DNA from: an uncultured Actinomycetota bacterium
GTDB taxonomy: Bacteria; Actinomycetota; Actinomycetes; JACCUZ01
NCBI GenBank assembly: GCA_963839955.1
Contig: CAWIXB010000001.1
Location: forward strand, 1,235,666-1,299,665
Direction of reading: 5' to 3'
Length of the DNA: 64,000 nucleotides
The translations under genes were made by a program, and so were the position numbers. Positions 55,634-64,000 of this stretch are shown here, one piece after another (within the stretch, counting starts at the first letter, position 1; each line of letters opens with the position of its first letter). The notes beneath the pieces were generated by a model. That model saw nothing but the letters and a program-made list of their open reading frames with translations. It was not told the origin of the DNA and did not search any database.

Positions 55634-56884
55634 CTAGGACAGCCACCGGTCGAGCAGGTCGTTGCCGAACACGCCGTCGGGGTCGTAGCGGCGGACGAGT
55701 GCACGGAAGTCGGGCAGGCGCTCGTAGAGCCGCGCGAGCGTCGTGGCGTCGGTGCCGAACACCTTGCCCCAATGCGGCCGCGCGTCGTACGGCGCGAGGG
55801 CGTCCTCGATGGCGGCCACCGCGTCGCGCACCCGTGGCGGGTCCTTGACCCAGGTGCAGTGCACGGCCAGCGAGTCACGCAGGTAGCTCGGGCTCAGCCA
55901 CAGGTTGTCGGCGGCCACGGTGCGCAGCTCTGAGACCATCAGGACCGCGGTGAACTGGTCGCGCACCCGGTCGAGCGCGGCCAGCGCCTCGACCGCGTCA
56001 GCTCGGGACACGAGGTACTCCGACTGCAGCTCGTCACCCGCGCTGGGGGTGAATGCCAGCCGGAAGTGCGGCAGCCGCTCGTGCCACGGCCCCGGCGCGC
56101 CTTGCTGCGGGGTGCAGTTCTCGGTCGCCATCCCGGCGATGGGATGACGCGGCCCCTCGGCGGGAGTCGCGCCCCAGCGCGAGAGGTGCGGCTCGCCGTC
56201 CTCGAGACGGTGCTTGCGCCACACCTGCGCGATGTGCGACTGCCAGTGCGTGAACAGGCTGACGCTGTAGGCGCTGGCGAAGATGTCGCCGAGGTGCTCG
56301 TCGAGTGCCTCCCGCGGAAGGTCGTCGTCGACGAGCTGCACCACGTCGTACGACGGCACCATGTCCAGGGTCAGCCGGGTGACGACACCCAGCGCCCCCA
56401 GCGCGACGATCGCGCCGTCGAACTTGTCGCCGTCATCGTCCCGGCTCAGCGTCACGACGTCGCCGGTGGCCGTCACCATCTCCAGCTCGGCCACCGCGCT
56501 CGACAGGCTGCCGTTGCGGTCGCCGGAGCCGTGGGTGCCGGTCGCGCAGGCCCCCGCGACCGAGAGGTGCGGGAGCGAACCGAGGTTGGCCAGCGCATGA
56601 CCCTCGCGCTGCAGGAGCACGGCGAGCTCGCCGTAGCGCATGCCGGCGCTCGCCGTGACGGTGCCGCGATCGAGGTCGATGTCGGTCGTGGCCGGCAGGC
56701 CGGCGACGCTGACCTGGTCACCTGCCGAGTCCGCGAGGGTGCTGAACGAGTGAGCGGTGCCGAGCGCGCGGATGCGACTGCTGCCGGCGACGAGGCGGCG
56801 CAGCTCGTCGAGCGTCGACGGTCGGTGCAGCCGGGCGGCTCCGAACCTCACATTGCCGGCCCAGTTCGTGCGAGCAGCCGTCAT
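55634..56884 (-). CDS. FAD-linked oxidoreductase of the L-gulono-1,4-lactone / D-arabinono-1,4-lactone oxidase family
   Basis: The FAD-binding-4 N-terminus is …TNWAGNVRFGAARLHRPSTLDELRRLVAGSSRIRALGTAHSF…. An ALO-type C-terminal domain follows. Confidence 0.8.
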   Translation of the reverse strand: MTAARTNWAGNVRFGAARLHRPSTLDELRRLVAGSSRIRALGTAHSFSTLADSAGDQVSVAGLPATTDIDLDRGTVTASAGMRYGELAVLLQREGHALANLGSLPHLSVAGACATGTHGSGDRNGSLSSAVAELEMVTATGDVVTLSRDDDGDKFDGAIVALGALGVVTRLTLDMVPSYDVVQLVDDDLPREALDEHLGDIFASAYSVSLFTHWQSHIAQVWRKHRLEDGEPHLSRWGATPAEGPRHPIAGMATENCTPQQGAPGPWHERLPHFRLAFTPSAGDELQSEYLVSRADAVEALAALDRVRDQFTAVLMVSELRTVAADNLWLSPSYLRDSLAVHCTWVKDPPRVRDAVAAIEDALAPYDARPHWGKVFGTDATTLARLYERLPDFRALVRRYDPDGVFGNDLLDRWLS

Positions 56885-56964
56885 GCCTCCCTTTCCTACC
56901 CCCGGTGTCGAGGTGCAGCATCTCAGCACGGTTTGCCGGGAGCTCCGGCGCGGCAAGGGATCTG

Positions 56965-58383
56965 ATGATGAACACTGCGGCGACCCATACGTTCGAGCCG
57001 TGGCAGCTGCGCGCTGCGTTCGCCGCGCGCCTGTCCGAGCTGTACGGCCGGGAGGTGCCGGCGTACACCACGCTCGTCGAGGTCGCGCACGAGGTGAACC
57101 AGGACGTCGTCCGCGCGATGGGGCCGGCGGCGCAGCGGCTGGGCAACATCGGCCGGGTGACGGCGGAGCGGCACGGTGCCATACGCGTGGGCACGCCGGC
57201 CGAGCTCGCCCAGGTGGCCCGCATCTTCGCCGCGATGGGCATGCAGCCGGTGGGGTTCTACGACCTGCGCGACGCGTCCGCCAGCTCGGTGCCCGTCGTC
57301 TCCACAGCCTTCCGGCCCGTGGCCGCGGATGAGCTGGCGCGCAACCCGTTCCGGGTGTTCACCTCGCTGCTGGCGTCGTCGGACCGCCGCTTCTTCTCCG
57401 CCGACCTGACGGCACGCCTCGAGGCATTTCTCGAGAGACGTGAGCTCTTCCCGCCCCGGCTGCTGCACCTGGCCGACCGGGCACTGGTCGACCACGGCCT
57501 GGTCGAGCAGGACGCCGACGAGTTCCTCGAGCGGGCGACGCAGGCGTTCGCGCTGTCGCCGGAGCCCGTCGACCGGGCGTGGTACGCCGAGCTGGAGGCA
57601 GTCTCGGCGGTCGCCGCCGACATCGGCGGCGTGACGTCGACGCACATCAACCACCTGACCCCGCGCGTGCTCGACATCGACGCGCTGTACGCACGGATGG
57701 GCGAGCGCGGCATCGAGATGATCGACGAGATCCAGGGACCGCCGCGGTGGGACGGCCCGGACGTGCTACTGCGTCAGACGTCTTTCCGCGCACTATCCGA
57801 GCCGCGTCGCTTCGTCGAGGCAGACGGCACGACGAGCACGGGGTCGTTGCGGGTGCGCTTCGGCGAGGTCGAGGCGCGCGGCATCGCCCTGACCAGGCAC
57901 GGGCGCGAGGTCTACGACCGGCTCGTCGCCGACGTCGACCGCCGGCTGGCCGACGACCCGTCGGCGGTGCGCGCCGAGGTCGCGGCGCAGGTCTGGGCCG
58001 GGGGGCTGCCGGCCACGGAGCAGGGACTCGCGGCGGACGGCCTCGGCGTCTTCACCGTCGTTCCCGTCACCGACCGCCCACCCGACGGCCGCCGGCCCAC
58101 CGGTGACCTCGCGGAGCTGCTCGCTGACGGCTGGGTCGAGGCGACGCCGGTCGTCTACGAGGACTTCCTGCCGCGCTCGGCTGCCGGCATCTTCGCGTCG
58201 AACCTGTCGGACGAGGGGTCAAAGGACGCGCACCAGTCCGGCGCCGAGCTCGACGCCGACTGGCTCGCCGGCGTGCTCGGGCGCCCGCTGCTCGACCCCA
58301 CAGACCGCTACGAGCAGCAGCGTGACGATTCCGTCCGCGCGGCGCTCGAGCACCTCGGCGTTCGTCCTCTCGCGTCACGCTGA
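56965..58383 (+). CDS. DUF1338 / HglS-family Fe(II)-dependent 2-oxoadipate dioxygenase-decarboxylase-like protein
   Basis: A VOC-like fold with the conserved …STHINHLTPRVLDID… His cluster is present. The length (about 470 aa) fits HglS/YdcJ. Confidence 0.7.
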   Translation: MMNTAATHTFEPWQLRAAFAARLSELYGREVPAYTTLVEVAHEVNQDVVRAMGPAAQRLGNIGRVTAERHGAIRVGTPAELAQVARIFAAMGMQPVGFYDLRDASASSVPVVSTAFRPVAADELARNPFRVFTSLLASSDRRFFSADLTARLEAFLERRELFPPRLLHLADRALVDHGLVEQDADEFLERATQAFALSPEPVDRAWYAELEAVSAVAADIGGVTSTHINHLTPRVLDIDALYARMGERGIEMIDEIQGPPRWDGPDVLLRQTSFRALSEPRRFVEADGTTSTGSLRVRFGEVEARGIALTRHGREVYDRLVADVDRRLADDPSAVRAEVAAQVWAGGLPATEQGLAADGLGVFTVVPVTDRPPDGRRPTGDLAELLADGWVEATPVVYEDFLPRSAAGIFASNLSDEGSKDAHQSGAELDADWLAGVLGRPLLDPTDRYEQQRDDSVRAALEHLGVRPLASR

Positions 58384-58398
58384 CCGACGCAGCAGGTC

Positions 58399-59526
58399 TC
58401 AGGTCGGTGCGACGACCCGCACATCCTCGTACGTGGCCTCGGGCGCCAGGAAACCCGCCAGCGCGGCCGCCTCTGCCGTCACCTCGGTGGTGACCTTCTT
58501 CGACCACCGGCCGAAGGGACGCAGGGTGACGGTCGCCGTGTCGCCTTCGACCGCCGACGTCCACGTGCCGCCGGTCATGCCGTCGACCAGCACGAGTCGC
58601 GGCATGGGGCCGTTGATGTCGAAACTCGCCTGGCGGTAGGCGTCGGTGACGACGCGGCTGCGGTCGTCGTGGGAGAGCAACAGGTTGTCGTAGTCGTAGA
58701 GCAGCCGCACGGGCGCAGGGGTGTCCGCGTCGGGACGCGGCGCGTCCGGCAGGTCGAACAGCTCGCGCCCCGCCTCGTCGCGGAACGTCATCAGGTCGGG
58801 CCGCAGCCGGTCGAACACCTCGGCCAGTCGCGTGAGCCCGGACCAGACCTGTGCGTCCTTGACACTGGCGGGGCCGAAGGCCGCAAGGTAGCGACGCACC
58901 AGGTCGTCGACGGTGAGGTCGTGCGACTGCGGCCTTCCCAGCCAGGACTCGGCGGTGGTGTGCGCCGCCTTGCCGCTGCGGCCCCAGACGCCGCGCGGCG
59001 TGACCTGCACCAGCGCCTCCGACGCGCGGATGGCCTGCGCGAGCGACGCCGGGTCGCGGTCGGGCCATTGCTCGGCGAGCGCCCGGCCGAGCTCGCTGAA
59101 CATGCGCGGCTCCTGCTCGAGCAGCTCGCGACCCGCGGCGGCCAGCTCGGCGCGGTCGAGCCCGACGAGGTGTTTGCCGAAGTTGCCCGACATGCTCCGC
59201 TCGAGCACGGGTCCGACGAGGGGCCGGACTGCGAGGCAGTCGCGCGCGGTGACGAGGTGGATGGTCGAGCGCATCAAGGCGATCCGCACGACCGAACGGT
59301 CCTCGAGGAGACGCGCGGCCTCCTCGGGCCGGAACGACGCGAGCCGGCACCACAGCCCGACGTACCACGTGTGCGGCGTCTGGGCCTGCAGGCCCACCAG
59401 ATGCTCGAGCACGTCGGTGACACCCATCTCGACGCGTTCGAGCAGCAGCTGGCGGGCCAGTGTCGCCCGGCCGATCGCGCGCTGTCCGAGCAGCGGAGCG
59501 GCGGCATCGCCGCGTCGAACCGTCAA
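58399..59526 (-). CDS. winged-helix AlkZ/YcaQ-family DNA glycosylase (interstrand-crosslink repair)
   Basis: The family motif is …HLVGLQAQTPHTWYVGLW…, carrying the catalytic QxQ. Its overall length fits the family. Confidence 0.75.
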   Translation of the reverse strand: MTVRRGDAAAPLLGQRAIGRATLARQLLLERVEMGVTDVLEHLVGLQAQTPHTWYVGLWCRLASFRPEEAARLLEDRSVVRIALMRSTIHLVTARDCLAVRPLVGPVLERSMSGNFGKHLVGLDRAELAAAGRELLEQEPRMFSELGRALAEQWPDRDPASLAQAIRASEALVQVTPRGVWGRSGKAAHTTAESWLGRPQSHDLTVDDLVRRYLAAFGPASVKDAQVWSGLTRLAEVFDRLRPDLMTFRDEAGRELFDLPDAPRPDADTPAPVRLLYDYDNLLLSHDDRSRVVTDAYRQASFDINGPMPRLVLVDGMTGGTWTSAVEGDTATVTLRPFGRWSKKVTTEVTAEAAALAGFLAPEATYEDVRVVAPT

Positions 59527-60308
59527 GGCAGCCGAGCCAGCCAGGCGCGCACGAGGTCGTGCAGCACGTCAGGCGTTTCGAAGGGCAGGTAGTGGCCGGC
59601 GTCGCCGACCACCGCGAAGCTCGCGCGCGGGTAGTGCACGAGCGCGCGGTACTGGTCGGCGAAGCCCGCCACGCGGTCGGCACGGCCGGTGACGACTGCC
59701 GTCGGCCCCGCGAACGACGCGGTCGAGTCCTGGTCGGCAAGCCGGAAGCCGTCGCCGTGCAGCCGGTCGAGGTAGGGGTCGTCGCGCGGGCCGCCGGACT
59801 CCACGACGTCGGCAACCAGGCGCGCGACCGCGCGAGTGCGGCGCCCGATCGCCTGCGTGAGATGGGCCTTCAGGTCCTCGGGCGCGTCGTCGAGCCAGTT
59901 GTCGTCGGGGGCAGGCTCGCCGTCGTCATCCGGGACGTCGCGCTCGTCGACGCCGACGCGAACGCCCGGGCAGACCAGGAGGAGACCGGTCACCTGTTCG
60001 GGGAAGCGGCGTGCCAGGGCTGCGGCGAGGTAGCCGCCGTAGGACCACCCGGCCAGCGCGTACGGCGATGCGCCGACGTGCTGCTCGATCGTCTCGCGCA
60101 CCGACGCGAGCACTGCCTCGGAGTCCTCACCCTCCGATGGCGAACGACCGACGCCGGGCAGGTCGACGTAGAGCCGCTGCCGGCCGCACGCGTCGCCGTC
60201 CAGCGCCGGTTCGAGAGCTCTCGCCATCGCAGCGCCGCTGAGCGCGAACGCGGGCAGGCACACGATCGGCGGGCCGTCACCACGGACGTCGACGGACAGG
60301 CTGGTCAT
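59523..60308 (-). CDS. alpha/beta-hydrolase fold protein
   Basis: The nucleophile elbow is GWSYGG. The stop overlaps the downstream AlkZ start (ATGA). Confidence 0.8.
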   Translation of the reverse strand: MTSLSVDVRGDGPPIVCLPAFALSGAAMARALEPALDGDACGRQRLYVDLPGVGRSPSEGEDSEAVLASVRETIEQHVGASPYALAGWSYGGYLAAALARRFPEQVTGLLLVCPGVRVGVDERDVPDDDGEPAPDDNWLDDAPEDLKAHLTQAIGRRTRAVARLVADVVESGGPRDDPYLDRLHGDGFRLADQDSTASFAGPTAVVTGRADRVAGFADQYRALVHYPRASFAVVGDAGHYLPFETPDVLHDLVRAWLARLP

Positions 60309-61036
60309 CTGCCGAGGTTAGGTGGGGACACCGGCGCCAGCAGACACCGAGACGCCATCCCGACCGTGCGCGCCAGCGCGGCGCGGTGACGCTCGGCCAG
60401 TCTGTTGAACCGGCGCAGGGCCCACATCGCCTCGACGCTGACCCAGGCGATGTCGCGGGCCTTGTCGATGCTCCACGAGCTGACCAGGTGTGTCACCGGA
60501 CCGACGTGCTCGTCAGCAGCCTGCCCGACGTCGGTGAGGAAGGACCGGCGTATCCGCGCCTCCTCCTCGGCGAGCAGGGCGTTGACCGCCTCGAAGTCGG
60601 CATGGACGCCGTCGTCCTCGGGCTCCCTGTCCCGGGACCGGCACGTCGCCACCACCGCGACCGCCAGGTCGTACTCGATGTGCGCGTTCATCCCGGCGAG
60701 CGCGAACTGGATGGGCAGCACGCGGTTGCGGTCCCGGCTCTCGAACAGCGGCGCCCACGCCTTCGGCAGCTTGTGTCCCGCCTCGGCCGCGTCATAGGCA
60801 TCGAGCCAGAGTCCGGCGAAGCGCACGTCGAGCTCGGCCATGAACGCGTCGTCGCGGAACGAGCCTTCCTCCAGCCCGGCAGCCACCCGCTCGGTCACGG
60901 TGAGATAGACCCGGTTGAAGACCACCGCCCCGTCAACGCCCTGGCCGGCCGGGGCCAGCCCGGCGTGGCCTGCGGCGTCGATGGCGCGGAGGCGGTCGAT
61001 GACGTCCTGCACGGTCGTCGGGGAGTCGGTTGCCAT
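60305..61036 (-). CDS. hypothetical protein (243 aa), co-transcribed with the alpha/beta-hydrolase and AlkZ-like genes
   Basis: An ATG start at 61036 was chosen. The upstream part of the track ORF has junk composition. The stop overlaps the next start (ATGA). Confidence 0.5.
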   Translation of the reverse strand: MATDSPTTVQDVIDRLRAIDAAGHAGLAPAGQGVDGAVVFNRVYLTVTERVAAGLEEGSFRDDAFMAELDVRFAGLWLDAYDAAEAGHKLPKAWAPLFESRDRNRVLPIQFALAGMNAHIEYDLAVAVVATCRSRDREPEDDGVHADFEAVNALLAEEEARIRRSFLTDVGQAADEHVGPVTHLVSSWSIDKARDIAWVSVEAMWALRRFNRLAERHRAALARTVGMASRCLLAPVSPPNLGR

Positions 61037-61065
61037 GCGGTGACCGTAGTGGTTCGCGCCCTGTG

Positions 61066-62301
61066 TCAGTCGCCCTTCACGTTGACGACCTGCCGCAGGG
61101 TGTGGCGGACCTCGACGAGATCGGCCGCGTCGGCCATCACCTGGTCGATGTCCTTGTAGGCGGCCGGGATCTCGTCCAGGAACGCGTCGGTGTCGCGATA
61201 CTCGATCCCCTTCATCGACGCGCGAAGGTCGTCGGCGGTGAAGGCGCGGCGCGCAGCCGAGCGGGAGTATGCCCGACCGGCGCCGTGCGGCGACGAGTTC
61301 AGCGACAGCCGGTCGCCCTTGCCGACCACGACATAGCTCGCCGTGCCCATCGACCCCGGGATGAGGCCGGGCTGGCCCGCCTTCGCCTCGATGGCGCCCT
61401 TGCGCGAGACCCACACCTGCCTGCCGAAGTGCTTCTCCTGCTGGGTGAAGTTGTGGTGGCAGTTTATGCGCCCGTCCGCCGTCACGTCCTCGCCCAGCCA
61501 CTGCGCGAAGCAGCCCAGGACACGGTCCATCATCTCCTCGCGGTTGAGCAGCGCGAACCGCTGCGCCCAGCGCAGGTCGCGGAGATAGGCCCAGAACTCG
61601 TCGGTGCCCTCGACGAGGTAGGCGAGGTCGCGATCGGGCAGCGCGATCCACCAGCGCTCGCACAGCCTCTGTGCGACGCCGATGTGATGCTGGGCGATCT
61701 TGTTGCCCACACCACGCGAGCCCGAGTGCAGGAACAGCCAGACCCGGTCGGTCTCGTCGACCGTGACCTCGATGAAGTGGTTGCCGGACCCGAGCGTGCC
61801 GAGCTGGAGCCGCCAGTTGCCGGCGTACCGCTCGTAGTCGACCTCCGCCTTGTCCTCGAGCTCGGCGATGCGCAGGACCGCCGTGTCGACCACCGCGTGG
61901 TTGTAGCGCCCGGCTGACAGCGGCACGGCGTCCTCGATCGCGACGCGGAGCTCTCGCAGGTCTCGGCCTTCGAGGTCGGCGCGGGTGAACTGCGAGCGAA
62001 CGGCGATCATGCCGCAGCCGATGTCCACACCGACCGCTGCCGGGATGATGGCGCGCAGCGTGGGGATCACCGAGCCGACCGTCGCGCCCTTGCCGAGGTG
62101 CGCATCAGGCATCAGCGCGAGGTGCGGGAACACGAACGGCATCGACGCGGTCTGCTCGGCCTGCTTGCGGGTGTTCGGCTCCAGCACGGACGCCCAGCTG
62201 ATGAGCTGCTCGCCCAGGTGCTCGCGCATGACTGTCCAGACTCCTGTCGGGTTTTGGGTGGCCGGCTCTGGAATATCGCGGGCGGCACCGGTTGTCGTCA
62301 A
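61066..62301 (-). CDS. rtcB: RNA-splicing ligase RtcB
   Basis: …MPFVFPHLALMPDAHLGKGATVGSVIPT…, together with downstream GNHF and HSGSRG motifs, is an RtcB signature. Confidence 0.9.
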   Translation of the reverse strand: MTTTGAARDIPEPATQNPTGVWTVMREHLGEQLISWASVLEPNTRKQAEQTASMPFVFPHLALMPDAHLGKGATVGSVIPTLRAIIPAAVGVDIGCGMIAVRSQFTRADLEGRDLRELRVAIEDAVPLSAGRYNHAVVDTAVLRIAELEDKAEVDYERYAGNWRLQLGTLGSGNHFIEVTVDETDRVWLFLHSGSRGVGNKIAQHHIGVAQRLCERWWIALPDRDLAYLVEGTDEFWAYLRDLRWAQRFALLNREEMMDRVLGCFAQWLGEDVTADGRINCHHNFTQQEKHFGRQVWVSRKGAIEAKAGQPGLIPGSMGTASYVVVGKGDRLSLNSSPHGAGRAYSRSAARRAFTADDLRASMKGIEYRDTDAFLDEIPAAYKDIDQVMADAADLVEVRHTLRQVVNVKGD

Positions 62302-62333
62302 CGGGATACGATCCCGACCGAGGAGTGACGCCC

Positions 62334-62759
62334 ATGCCCAAGCCGCCGTTGCCCGAACCGGTTCGCCGGCTGCTAGCCGAGCCGAACCCCGCCGTGATCG
62401 CGACGGTCCGCCCCGACGGGCAGCCGGTGTCGGTCGCCACGTGGTACCTGTTGGACGGCGACCGGGTCCTGGTCAACATGGACCAGGGCCGCAAGCGCCT
62501 CGACTACCTGCGCGAGAACCCGGAGGTCAGCCTGACGGTGCTCAAGGCCGACGACTGGTACGCCCACGTCAGCCTCCAGGGACGCGTCGTCGAGATGGCC
62601 GACGACGAGGGCCTCGGGGGCATCGACCGCCTCTCGAACCACTATCGGGGCCGGCGCTACACCAACCGTGAGCGAGGCCGGGTCAACGCGTGGATCGAGA
62701 TCGACTGGTGGCACGGCTGGGGTGCGGCCTTCGCCGACAGGGGAGCAGCCGCGAGCTGA
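62334..62759 (+). CDS. PPOX-class (pyridoxamine-5'-phosphate-oxidase-like) probable F420-dependent enzyme
   Basis: ATG 62334 has a GAGGAG RBS. The split-barrel pattern is …NPAVIATVRPDGQPVSVATWYLLDGDRVLVNMDQGRKRLDYLRENPEVSLTVL…. Confidence 0.7.
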   Translation: MPKPPLPEPVRRLLAEPNPAVIATVRPDGQPVSVATWYLLDGDRVLVNMDQGRKRLDYLRENPEVSLTVLKADDWYAHVSLQGRVVEMADDEGLGGIDRLSNHYRGRRYTNRERGRVNAWIEIDWWHGWGAAFADRGAAAS

Positions 62760-62827
62760 CAGGTCTTCCCTCCGGGCGCGGTCTTTGGTCAGATATGGTC
62801 GCCGATCCCGAGCCGAGGAGACCGATG

Positions 62828-64000
62828 TGAGCACCATTCGTCGTTGCGCAGTGGCCCTGGCGGCCGGAGTGACTCTCTCGTCGGTGGTGATGGCGTCGCC
62901 GGCGGAGGGCAAGCCGGGGCCCGGCAAGCACGACGAGGTCCGCTTCGCCACGTTCAACGCGTCACTCAACCGTGCCGTCGACGGCGAGCTCGTCGCCGAC
63001 CTGTCCACCCGCGACGACGAGCAGGCCGCCACGGTGGCCGAGATCATCCAGCGCAACCGGCCGGACGTGCTGTTGATCAACGAGTTCGACTTCGACGCCA
63101 AGAAGCGCGCCCTTCGGCTCTTCCAGGACAACTACCTGTCCGTGGGTCAGGGTGGCGCAGCGCCGATCCGCTACCCCCACCGCTACACCGCCCCGTCGAA
63201 CACGGGCATCGCCTCAGGGTTCGACCTGAACAACAACGGCGCGATCGTGACCCAGCCCGGCGCATTCGGCTACGGCGACGACGCCCTCGGCTTCGGTGCG
63301 TTCCCGGGCCAGTTCGGCATGGCCGTCTACTCGCGCTACCCGATCGACAAGCGCGACGTCCGGACCTTCCAGAACTTCCTCTGGAAGGACATGCCCGGCG
63401 CTCTGCTGCCCGACGACAGCACGACGCCTGCACCGAACGACTGGTACTCGCCGGCGGAGCAAGCCGTGTTCCCGCTCTCGTCCAAGAGCCACTGGGACCT
63501 GCCGGTGAGGATCGGCAAGGACACCGTGCACTTCCTGGTCAGCCACCCGACGCCGCCGGTCTTCGATGGAGCCGAGGACCGCAACGGACGCCGCAACTTC
63601 GACGAGATCCGGTTCTGGGCCGACTACCTCACGCCGGGGGCGAGCAGCTACATCTACGACGACAAGGGCCGCCGCGGCGGGCTGGCCGAGAATGCCCACT
63701 TCGTCATCGCGGGCGACCAGAACTCCGACCCTCTCGACGGAGACAGCATCCCGGGCGCCGTCCAGCAGCTGATCGAGCACCCGCGGGTGAACACCAGCCT
63801 CACACCGACGAGCGCCGGGGCCGTCGAGGCCAGCGCCCTGCAGGGTGGCGCCAACGCCAGCCACGAGTCGCCGCCACAGTTCGACACGGCGGACTTCTCC
63901 GACTCTGCTCCCGGCAACCTGCGCGCCGACTACGTGCTGCCCGACACCGGGTTGCGGATGATCGACGCGCGGGTGTTCTGGCCGGTGCGCTCCGACCCCC
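62828..64000 (+). CDS. secreted endonuclease/exonuclease/phosphatase (EEP) family protein, 3'-partial at the window edge
   Basis: A GTG start has GAGGAG 6 nt upstream, followed by a signal peptide. The open frame runs to the end of the window. EEP motifs are present (VRFATFNASLNR…, LINEFDF…, FVIAGDQNSDP). The ORF track missed it because there is no in-window stop. Confidence 0.7.

Overview
This is a high-GC (about 70%+) actinobacterial chromosomal segment. It is built on the conserved miaA–dapF–hflX–lexA–(chiZ-like LysM)–nrdR backbone known from Mycobacterium and Streptomyces, with accessory gene blocks inserted between the backbone genes. I can support the following features from the sequence.

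- **Backbone and inserted metabolic genes:** a 3'-partial miaA, a gamma-glutamyltransferase, dapF, a glycolate/glyoxylate operon (malate synthase A followed by glcD, glcE and glcF) and hflX.
- **DUF4331 cluster:** a three-gene set of unknown function encoding a secreted DUF4331 'SSHREAP' protein, a membrane-anchored TPR protein, and an RcnA/NicO-like permease fused to a periplasmic EF-hand domain.
- **Repair and SOS genes:** a DinG-like helicase, a twice-frameshifted LTD/ExeM-NucH extracellular nuclease carrying RTX repeats, a LigC-like ATP-dependent ligase, and lexA with two SOS boxes shared with a divergent ChiZ-like LysM gene.
- **Ribonucleotide reductase:** nrdR followed by a 1700-aa nrdJ that carries two LAGLIDADG inteins.
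- **Peptidases:** two LAS/M15-type zinc peptidases. One is a 650-aa protein with three copies of an uncharacterised Cys-containing repeat domain, co-transcribed with a lipoprotein. There is also an S8 peptidase with a C-terminal Trp-rich pentapeptide (SWAGK) repeat.
- **Other genes:** an MMPL transporter, a GH27 alpha-galactosidase with an NPCBM domain, folE followed by a small ORF and a ferredoxin reductase (with a divergent ArsR-like regulator), a VOC protein, a beta-carbonic anhydrase, a CMD/ECF41 sigma pair, FprA, two c-di-GMP proteins, HglS, an AlkZ/YcaQ-like glycosylase, RtcB and a second secreted EEP nuclease.
- **Non-coding structure:** 4 x 20-bp tandem repeats after dapF; a (CCCCCA)10 microsatellite after hflX; a roughly 420-bp MITE-like element made of four copies of a 21-bp motif in inverted pairs; several strong terminator-like hairpins; and a decayed region containing gene fragments and frameshifted pseudogenes.

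All calls come from reading the six-frame translations and the sequence. No database searches were run.
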